From Penicillus capitatus (taxonomy: Eukaryota; Plantae; Chlorophyta): 64,000 nucleotides of DNA. Where the stretch lies: assembly GCA_965649825.1 (NCBI GenBank), contig OZ287708.1, forward strand, positions 77,101 to 141,100, in the 5' to 3' direction. The position numbers and the translations under genes were made by a program. Under the pieces are notes generated by a model. It was not told where the DNA came from, made no database searches, and was given only the letters and a program-made list of their open reading frames with translations. Position 1 is the stretch's first letter, and each line of letters starts with the position of its first letter. This document shows, one piece after another, positions 1 through 10,037 of this stretch.

Positions 1-1950
1 AGTAGAGGATAGAGTCCTTGAGGTATGCTGCCTTCGGATGTCAAATCAACTGGAGACCTTGAGGTATGCTGCCATCAGATGTCAAAAAACCAACAGTAGA
101 GGATAGAGTCCTTGAGGTAAGCCGCTCTTCAGATGTCATCAGGTATGCCGCCTTCAGATGTCAAATCAGCTGGAGTCCTTGAGGTAAGCCGCTCTTCAGA
201 TGTCATCAGGTATGCCGCCTTCAGATGTCAAATCAACTGGAGTCCTTGAGGTAAGCTGCCTTCAGATGTCTTCATGTAAGCCGCCCTCAGATGTCTTCAC
301 AGATGCCGCATTCAGATGTCTTCAGGTAAGCCGCATTCAGATGTCTTCACAGATGCCGCATTCAGATGTCTTCAGGTAAGCCGCCTTTGGATGTCGTCTT
401 CATGTAAGCCGCATTCAGATGTCTTCAGGTAAGCCGCATTCAGATGTCTTCACATGTAAGCCGTCCTCAGATGTCTTCAGGTAAGCCGCCTTTGGATGTC
501 TTCACAGATGCCGCATTCAGATGTCTTCAGGTAAGCCGCCTTTGGATGTCGTCTTCATGTAAGCCGCCCTCAGATGTCTTCAGGTAAGCCGCCTTTGGAT
601 GTCTTCACAGATGCCGCCTTTGGATGTCTTCACAGATGCCGCATTCAGATGTCTTCACATGTAAGCCGTCCTCAGATGTCTTCAGGTAAGCCGCCTTTGG
701 ATGTCGTCTTCATGTAAGCCGCCCTCAGATGTCTTCACAGATGCCGCATTCAGATGTCTTCAGGTAAGCCGCATTCAGATGTCTTCACAGATGCCGCATT
801 CAGATGTCTTCAGGTAAGCCGCCTTTGGATGTCGTCTTCATGTAAGCCGCATTCAGATGTCTTCAGGTAAGCCGCATTCAGATGTCTTCACATGTAAGCC
901 GTCCTCAGATGTCTTCAGGTAAGCCGCCTTTGGATGTCTTCACAGATGCCGCATTCAGATGTCTTCAGGTAAGCCGCCTTTGGATGTCGTCTTCATGTAA
1001 GCCGCATTCAGATGTCTTCAGGTAAGCCGCATTCAGATGTCTTCACATGTAAGCCGTCCTCAGATGTCGTCTTCATGTAAGCCGCCCTCAGATGTCGTCT
1101 TCATGTAAGCCGCCCTCAGATGTCTTCACAGATGCCGCCTTTGGATGTCTTCAGGTAAGCCGCATTCAGATGTCGTCTTCATGTAAGCCGCCTTTGGATG
1201 TCTTCACAGATGCCGCATTCAGATGTCGTCTTCATGTAAGCCGCCCTCAGATGTCTTCAGGTAAGCCGCCTTTGGATGTCTTCACAGATGCCGCATTCAG
1301 ATGTCTTCAGGTAAGCCGCATTCAGATGTCTTCACATGTAAGCCGTCCTCAGATGTCTTCAGGTAAGCCGCCTTTGGATGTCTTCACAGATGCCGCATTC
1401 AGATGTCTTCACAGATGCCGCATTCAGATGTCTTCACAGATGCCGCATTCAGATGTCTTCACATGTAAGCCGTCCTCAGATGTCTTCAGGTAAGCCGCCT
1501 TTGGATGTCTTCACAGATGCCGCATTCAGATGTCTTCAGGTAAGCCGCCCTCAGATGTCGTCTTCATGTAAGCCGCCCTCAGATGTCGTCTTCATGTAAG
1601 CCGCCCTCAGATGTCTTCACAGATGCCGCCTTTGGATGTCTTCAGGTAAGCCGCATTCAGATGTCGTCTTCATGTAAGCCGCCTTTGGATGTCTTCACAG
1701 ATGCCGCATTCAGATGTCGTCTTCATGTAAGCCGCCCTCAGATGTCTTCAGGTAAGCCGCCTTTGGATGTCTTCACAGATGCCGCATTCAGATGTCTTCA
1801 GGTAAGCCGCATTCAGATGTCTTCACAGATGCCGCATTCAGATGTCTTCACATGTAAGCCGTCCTCAGATGTCTTCAGGTAAGCCGCCTTTGGATGTCGT
1901 CTTCATGTTTGCTGCTCTTCAGATGTCATACAACCGATAATCGAGGATGG
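1..1950. repeat. Modular minisatellite: 25-28 bp variant units (~263-1910), flanked by longer degenerate 39-55 bp units
   Basis: Unit = (cagatgtc|tggatgtc)(gtc)?ttca(ggtaa|tgtaa|cagat|catgtaa)(gccgcatt|gccgccct|gccgcctt|gccgtcct), roughly 65 copies. Positions 1-260 carry longer gagtccttgaggta(a/t)gc..cagatgtcaaatcaactg units with the same core. Higher-order duplicated blocks are visible (e.g. ~1081-1330 vs ~1572-1820). Confidence 0.97.
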
Positions 1951-2399
1951 AGTTCTTCAGATACAAAATGGTAGTCGTGCGTATGTCTTGGTGGAATGGT
2001 CTTTGTCTGTATCGGGTTTTTTAAGAATATTGGCACTCAGTCCTAACAGGTTCTTTGTCGGCGGATCCTCCTGTGTAATCTTCTCTTCCATTTCACACAA
2101 CCAATTTTCCAGTCTATGAACAGACAAAGGAATTTACACTTCATCTGAATGTCTCTTCGTGTTGTTTTGTTTGCTTTACAGGCAAATGGCATTACCTTGT
2201 GTGTTCTTGGTCAATCGATGCCTCCGAAAGCAGGGGTGCTGGCTGACTTCCCTGTTGCAACGTCTGCTTCAGCAAATCCAGTTTTTGACGCGCTTCTTGG
2301 TCGACATCTCCCGCCGCCTTATCTAACTGAACAATAAAACATAGAAAGCGGGCGGCGTTTGGCAGAAAGTACCGCAGACAGAGTGGTCTCTAAAAAGGA

Positions 2400-3650
2400 C
2401 AGGAGGTTTTCCGAGTTGTAAGGGAGAAGTCGCGGACATGACGGTTCGAAGAGTTCTTCTGAGTGGGGTAACCAGGTAGAATACAATTCATAGATGCTCT
2501 GGATCTGAGTATTAGCTTCCCGCATATAAGACCCCGCAGGACCAAGACTGTGGCCGCAACAGATTTCAGGGACATGAGATGGCCCAGAGGTGAAATGAGG
2601 CAGCAGGTTTACTGCAGAAGCGTCTGTCAATCTCCATCGAGACTCGAGATCTGTCCGTGCCAACTCTGCCAGTTTCCTCAAAGTCGAACCTGTGCGACAT
2701 AAAACAGAAAAACAACAGGAGACATCACTTCCCATCTTCTGTGTCATGATTCATGTTGGAGCAATTAGGCAGGGATCAGATAGGCGGATTGTCCGTTCTC
2801 GCGACAGGCAGTGGGGTGCCCCCCCTGGCCATACGACGCCTCGGGTAAAGTATAACGCCAGCCGCCGCCCGCAGAAAGCGGGGGCAACCCGACCCACAGC
2901 CTAAAGACAAAGGCAAATTAGACAAGGCACATGAAGGAGAGAAAGGGAGCTTACCTGGGGGTGGCAGCAGCTTGCAGAGCTCGCTTCTGTCGCCATCCAC
3001 AACCGAGACATTGGCCCGTACAATGCCTCGCCCTACACTGTCACTGTGCGTTCCCCCTTCAGCGCTGACCAAGGAGTCGAACGCACGCGCGCGCTAATAG
3101 AAAAAACAGAAAAAAAACAGAAAAAAAAACAGAAAAAAACAGAAAAAAAACAGAAAAAATGAAAAACACACATGCATGCAAATGACAACACGAATAAACA
3201 ATTAGAAAGAGCAGGGGGCCGGCCTTAAGCCCAGACAACACATAAACAAAAAAACAAACATACACATGCAAAAAAAGAATGAAAAAAAAAACAATCAAAG
3301 AATCTCTACCCTCTACACATGAAAAAGTAGAATACTAACAAAGTAAAAAAAATCTATCCCCCTAAACGCGGAAATTAAAAACCACCCGGGACAGAAAAAA
3401 ACTAACAAAGACCCTTATAGAAAAGAATAAATTCGGGTCCCGGGTGGGGTCTCCAAGGTCGGCTGCCTCCAGAGTACTTACTACAGCTCCAGATGCAGGG
3501 GGCTTGGACCAGCCCGGCGCTTCAGAGCAACGCCGCGTCCCACGCATATGCTCCGCCTGTCCCCGCAGAGCTGCATCAGCCAGGTAACCCCCTTCAGGCG
3601 ACGGCTGCATCTAGAACACAAACACTGTTAGCAACTAGGTCAACATGAGA
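2400..3650 (+). mobile_element. Decayed tyrosine-recombinase fragments, probably a DIRS/Ngaro-like retroelement relic
   Basis: Hand translation gives IGGLSVLATGSGVPPLAIRRLG* (2780-2848) and GWGLQGRLPPEYLLQLQMQGAWTSPA (~3436-3520). Both resemble the YR C-terminal motif (R.GGA..a..aGvp...I...G.W.S). Weaker upstream hints: IRPRRTKT, LEICPCQL. Interrupted by stops and A-rich tracts. Confidence 0.35.
3098..3300 (+). repeat. A-rich low-complexity tract with (AAAAAAACAG)n microsatellite
   Basis: About six aaaaaaacag-type units at 3100-3160, then further poly-A runs. Confidence 0.9.
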
Positions 3651-5771
3651 GTTCTCGAGTACTTACGTGGATTTCCCGAGGACGTCGCTAGCCGGGGAGG
3701 TTGGAGGGCGCTCTGTATCCGTTTCTGCCACCATAAGCTGTCGCCGTTGCCCGGTTCGTTTTGATCTGCAGCAACAGACACGTCGTCAAAAAAAGGCGAA
3801 GTCGAAAAACTGGCTTACTTGGAAAGACGACGGAACAAACAGCAGACGGCGATAGTGTTCAGACCACGAGGACGTAGAAGCCCGGTCGAAGAAACAAAAG
3901 CGGATACAAAATACGTGTTCTGCTGTTCGCCGGGGCTTTAAATCCGTGCGGCGGTTCGCAATCCGTCGTCGGCGAAGACGCTGAGCCAGAGATCAGAGTT
4001 CTACTACTGCTAACCTCCCCGCTCATGGATCACCTTGAAAACGACAAGCCGCTGCTGCAGCACTACCACTGCGGGGACGGTTCAGCGTGAATTTGGAGGT
4101 ACCGCGTCACACAGGCTGACGTCGGGCGATATGTCCGCATGGTGTGCTTGTAGAGAACTGATATCTTTGTCCGAGGGGTTGACGACCTGGCCGATCACCT
4201 GCGTTGAGCTTTGGGACTGGTTAGATCGCACCGAGCTCCTTACGGAGCAATGAATTGCTTTTCTCGACCAAAAAGACCCACACGATGTGGAACCGTCGAA
4301 GGCAGAGACGACATGAAAACACCGACCGGCAGCTTTTCTTCGACAGCGACGAAACACGAAAATGGAAAACCTCACCGAAGTAGGTTTGTCAAGTCAACTG
4401 CTAGACTTCTCGATGTCTAACCGTCGGATAGGAAGGAACTCTCAATTCACTGCAGTGACAATTGCACTGGATAGAATGTGATTGTCTCCTGTTTACTGAT
4501 GACCGTTTTCCTTGATTGAACCTTCAGACCTACAATGCTTTCTTCTGAAGGTAAAAGATGGCTCTTTCTGATGGGAGGATCCATTCCTGAGATAAAGGCA
4601 TCTCAGTTCGATGGGAAATGGCAGTTCAATCGTTTTCATCTGTCGAAAACGCAATGGGATGAAGGCCTGAGTGGTCATACAAGAAGAAGACTGTCAGACT
4701 GCAGGTAAGTCCTCAACGATCGTTCCAAAGTCACATCAACCATTCAACGCGATTTTGCCCTGAAACAGACGAAAAGTGCACCAGACTGTTCTATCCGTTC
4801 GCATGGACTGAAAGACGAACGACGAGATACGCGTATCAAGTCCCCAATTTCGTGTCCATTCGAGAGAAGTGGAACGTGATTCGTTGAACGGGAGCACATT
4901 GGCATCCGGCCTGGTCAAGCCAATCTGTGTCCCTTTTCAATGACAGTAGACCGAAGTGCATGTCGAAACTATTAGCTCTAATTCGAGTAAGGGTGCCTCA
5001 TGTCAGCGAATGATTTCGGTAAGAAACGCCTCACTTTAGAACTGAATGTTCAGGGTGTTACACAGACGAATCGGTCGACATTCTTCCCAGTACCCGTTCC
5101 GTTTCGAAGAGTTTCGAAGAACGACTTGATGAAGGTGAAGGTTTCTTTGTCCCAGACACTTCTGAAGCAGAATGCAACACGGCCTGTTAAACTAGTACAC
5201 TCCAAAAAACACCTTTGCTTTTGGATGATCGTGCATCGAGTAACTTGTCGGCGATCTGTTTCGTTCAATAAGGCTAAATCTCTGTCGTTCTCGTTTGACC
5301 TGCGGAGCTGATCGTAGAACAGAATAGAATGCTACAACAACTATGCACTTAACAACACGATCATGCCAATACATGACATCCGCTTTGTGTCGTACGTATA
5401 CACACATATTCAGATTCTCAGAATGAAATTAAAGCGTCGCTTTGGAGAGCATTACCTAGTTAATGTTATTATTCCGACGCCTGTTTCCAACAACTTAAAA
5501 ACTTCAAAGACGTATGAAGGCAAGAGCTTGTCACTCTTCCTGCGAAAACTGGGCGTTAGAACTTCCGACAAAGTTATCTCGCTTGCCTTGTTTTTAGACA
5601 TCAACCGCATTTGGTACACAAACACAAGTTTACTGTGTTTCAAGTTGACCAGAAAAATTCAGCACACTGCATAAATTTTTCGTCTTAGCGCGTTTTCCTT
5701 CTCCTTTAGCTGCAAGAACGCAGATCTCTTCTTCGGTTTTCCTAGACATTGGCAGATAATTGCGGTTGCGA

Positions 5772-5781
5772 ACGTGGCAAG
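5772..5781 (+). promoter_or_regulatory. Conserved ACGTGGCAAG (G-box/ABRE-like) element upstream of RLK copy 1
   Basis: The identical 10-mer occurs at 58514-58523, 50-60 nt before the ATG of copy 2, within otherwise diverged flanks. Confidence 0.4.
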
Positions 5782-5840
5782 CACTCGTCGACGCTGTTCC
5801 TTTATCAACCGTCGTTTTTCATCTGGTCATGTTGTCTACT

Positions 5841-8800
5841 ATGAAGTGGGCTCTTATCATCATACTTCTCTTTGTTCATGCGTCCGACGAGGCTACGGAT
5901 ACAATAACCCTGTTTCAGACATGGACTCCGCGCATCAAAGAAATAGAGGAAGAAATTACGGCGCGTCTTATTGCTCCCGAGGGAAGAAGATGCGCCTGCA
6001 GTCATTTTGCTTGTGGTAAACGGCGAAATGGAGAATTAATGGAATGTCTACACTCTGGCCACAACGAGGACCTGCAATGTGCTTACAATGACTGTGGACA
6101 CATGGCTGTACGTTGTTTCTCCGTGGGTCAGTGTTGCAGCAATTTGCTTTTTGTGCTGTGCAGCTCAGCCTAAACCAGTCATACGTCATAACATCACCCT
6201 TCGCAGCAGGGGGCAGTTATGTGGATGAAATTAAGAGAGACATCTGTCTGACACAGGTGTTCCTCCACGTAATCGTTGCTTTGCAGACTTCTTCTTAGGG
6301 ACTGGAAGGTGCATTTCAAAGAGCAAGGGGAGAAAATCCGAAAGGATTTGTACCCTGGACTTACTTCGGTGGTTCAGAATCTGGAATCCATGTGTAATGT
6401 GCTTTTTGCCTTAAGATTTACTAATGCAGAGCATTCATTGGTTTCTAGAGGTTGGCCAGGGAAGCCACGAGAAGAGATTTCACCTGGAAAGTGTATAGAC
6501 TATGATCCAGTCAGCCATCCGAACTCCTGCTACGGATCTCTGTAGATGGATATATGTGTGATTAGAGAATTCGTCCTTGGTGGAGGAAAGCTGCTTGGCA
6601 TCCAAGAAATATCGTGATTCTCGTCGATCTTTCAGACTCGATGAAAGAAATTGTCCAAGGGACTAGTGATAAAACTAAGTGGGAGATGACTGTGAACATC
6701 ATTACACGCTTTCTGGAGACTCTGTCGGAAGAGGATGCAATTCAGATCATTGGTTTTAAGATGGTACCTGAGGTATTGATGGGTCAGGAAACAACGGTGC
6801 CTGCCACAAAGCGGACTGTCGAACAATTGAAGAGACGATTGGGACGGTTGAAACCAGATGGTGTGAAGTCTGTCGTGGACATCGGCAAAGCGATCGATCG
6901 AGCTATGAATTTGTTGTATGCCAATACGAACCCAGGAATCACAAAATGCGAAAACGTATCTCACTGCCATCTATCTATCTTTCTCGAGATAACTGCTGTT
7001 GTTTAGCACATTCTTTTGTTTTCAGACAGAAGGGACTGCAGTCATTCCATCGAACAAGATTGTGAATCTAAAAAGTATGTGTCGGAAGGCGGAATATCTG
7101 CGTCGCAGCCAGTCAACGCAACAATCGGTGTAGCAAGGCATATCATAAACATCCGGAGCCAGGATTCAGGAAGAACGAAACCGATCCTATTTACCTATAC
7201 GCTATCCCCCAAGGCAAACGGCATGTTAAGCCAGTTAGCTTGCCAGGTAGATGGAATCCATGTTGACCTTGTGCGTGAACTCAAAGGTGATCATCATCTT
7301 GATTGATATGTTTTGCATCCTCTGTTCGTCTTAGATAATCTGGATCCTTTGCATTTGATGCGTGGGTACTTTCGGAGATCGGCGCTGACAATTGCCGAGG
7401 TTTTCAAAGAGCCAATGGTCGCCGTCAGTGACTTGTACGAAGACGAATTTGGGTCGGGAACGATGAATACATTGGCAATGCCTGTATTCTATCGACCGCG
7501 TGATACATGCCCTCCAATTCATTATGGAGTCATTGGAGCAGACATGAGGATAAAGGAATATGCAGAGGAAGGAATTTCAGCCAACTCACCAAACTTCGAG
7601 TTCACTGTGTCTAACTGGAACAGCGATATCGCCGAATGCCGATCCGTCTTTGTTGATAAATGTCATCTCCAAGTCTTGAGAGAAGAAGAAGGACAGTGTG
7701 TTTACTCCCTCAAAAAACGCGAAGATAGAGTTTGTTACAAATTCAAGGACAGCATCTATCACATCGAAGATGATGAGCTCATGAGTCTGGACGAAGCCTT
7801 GAAGTATTGCCACGATCTCAATGGACGGATGATCGCACCGCAGGATCTGGAAGAGAGACGGTTTTTGGCAACATTGATCCCACCAGATGGAGCCTGGATC
7901 AATGTCACTAATGGCGAGGAGGATGGTTTCATGTGGAAGTGGCCAGATGGCAGTACAATCGAAATTGCAGAGAGAAAAAACATTGAACGCACCTGCGACT
8001 ATCCCCTTCCTGCAGGGTTCTACATGGATCCACGAAACTATAAAGACAATTTCCAATGTGTACAACGAATAAGAAGTCTAGCCACTGTGTGCCAGTTTGA
8101 CTCAGAACAAGAGCCGTCTATCTGCTTCAATGTCCGTGTCTGTTTGAGTCATAAGCAACTTAGGCTTGAATGGATTGTTTAGGGTGTGGCGACCGAAGAG
8201 ATCACGGAGGATAATTTCACGAAAACTATTCGCACATGTGAGATGGAGGACTGTCTGCTGGAATCGGCACGATTCAAAGACTATACCGATATGAAAGAAA
8301 CGGAAGTGTTGTGCAATCTCAATCTCTACGTTTCCACTAATTTCTCTGAAATTGGCTGTTGTTCAGAAGAAGACCTGATTTCGAATTGTGACTCGGTGAT
8401 GACATATATACATCATCACTGTACACGCATTTCTGATTGATAATGGTGGTTACAGGGAGTACAAGATATGGGAATCAACGTGACAGATAAGAGCGAAAGT
8501 GAATCGAGCAGTGGGAATGCCACTGTTGTCGTTGCCGTCATTGTTATGGTCATCGTGGTGGTGATCATCGTCACACTGTGCATCTGTTGTGCACGTCGAC
8601 GAAAGGCCTGTTTCGACAAGCCGGCAAACACGCACATGCCTTTGGGATCTTCAGAGTCCGATCACCGTCAATTTCAGATGATCAGAAGAGATCAGCATGG
8701 CACTCCTGGATCCATCCGAAGTGCATACAACATTCACTTGCAATAGAATCTAACGGTTCGTGCGCAGGTCCATTTGAAGTTGCCACGCCGAGCGCCGGAT

Positions 8801-9829
8801 TAATCGGAAAGAGACCGGAATTGGTGGTCAACATCGAAGTGAAGATTCTCGATAATGGATGGGAGAAGGTCGGAGGCTACGGCCGCGTACGACAAGGAGA
8901 GTATACGGACACCACAGGGAATGTGCACAAGGTGGCCGTCAAGTTCGTGGACGCATTGGCACCTAACGCCGCGTGGGAGGCCCTCAAGAACGAATTCGAC
9001 ATCCTGGCTTCCATTCCTCTCCATCCGAACATCGTCAAGCCCATCGGCGCCCACTGGGGGGACCGCACGGAAAACTCCCAGCGCTACATCGTCGAAGAGC
9101 TGATGCACACCAATCTTGGAGATCTGATGCGCGATACGAGTCCTCCACCCTATCCCGGAAAAAGCATGGTGTACAAGGACTGGATCAATATCTTCGTCGG
9201 CATCGCTCGTGGTCTGGAGCATCTCCACCAGCACAAGATCATCCACTTCGACTTGAAACCTAGAAACGTCCTCCTAGACGAGGACATGAACGCCAAGATT
9301 GCAGACTTCGGTTGCTCCAAGTCGAAGTTTGATACCTACATCGAACTCAGCAAAATGGGCGGAACTCCTCCGTACCTGGCACCAGAGTGCTGGATGCTCT
9401 ACTATGCGCAGAATGTCAGAACGGAGGTGGCAAGAGTCAAGATCGACGTCTACAGCTTTGGCGTGATCATGTGGGAGTGTTTAAACGGAGGGAACAGTTT
9501 GGCGACTGCGTTGTACAAACGCAAAAGCACGACATCTCCTCAGGCCTCTGCCAATCCGGACAACATCGAAATTGTCCGCGAGAGCCGTTCGTCTGGTAAG
9601 CAGCCAAGTGATAGACCTATCAGTGTTCTTCACCTTCTCTTCTGATGTAGAAGGAAACCAGCAGTGGGAGATCCAGTACTATCTCAGCGATGAGATCCCT
9701 GAAGGCTTGAGGAACTTGGTCACACAGTGTGTCCGTGTCGATTTTGATTCCCGTCCGACATGCGAGCAAATTCTGGATACGCTTGAGCCCATGCTGAAAG
9801 AAGAATGGGCAAACCATCCAGTTCCGTAG
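5841..9829 (+). CDS. Receptor-like kinase copy 1: signal peptide, alpha2delta-like VWA_N/vWA, Cache-like, C-type lectin, TM, non-RD protein kinase (multi-exon)
   Basis: Signal peptide [15 protein letters not shown]. Spliced [29 protein letters not shown] (alpha2delta-type YDPRxRPW plus DxSxS MIDAS). Cache-like [77 protein letters not shown]. Kinase [24 protein letters not shown]. Stop TAG at 9829. Confidence 0.88.
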
Positions 9830-10037
9830 TACTGACATCGTTAAATGTATTGCGACATTGGACTCGCTTATTGTACTGATTTGTTAGATAGGTCGCCTAT
9901 CTCTCTTGTGCGGTACCAATACAATGCAGAGTGGAAGGGACTTTTCTAGTGACGAACGGGCAAATTAGGTTCATGTGAAATAAGGCGACAGTAGTTCACT
10001 CTGGCTTTGTTAAAGAATGGATGTTTGACAAATGTCG

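Noticed and set aside
1092-1882. Repeat ORFs (MSSSCKPPSDVFTDAAF...)
   Set aside because: Unit lengths of 25/27/28 nt shift frame constantly and the same peptides appear in all frames; a by-product of the satellite.
1-1950. CRISPR array
   Set aside because: No unique spacers: the variable parts are a few recurring alleles. No cas genes, and the context is eukaryotic.
3059-3298. Hydrophobic Phe-rich ORF as a membrane peptide
   Set aside because: It is the reverse complement of a poly-A microsatellite.
8800-9246. Conserved minus-strand 148-aa ORFs (also 61488-61934)
   Set aside because: Antisense shadows of the duplicated kinase exon; their conservation comes from the kinase.
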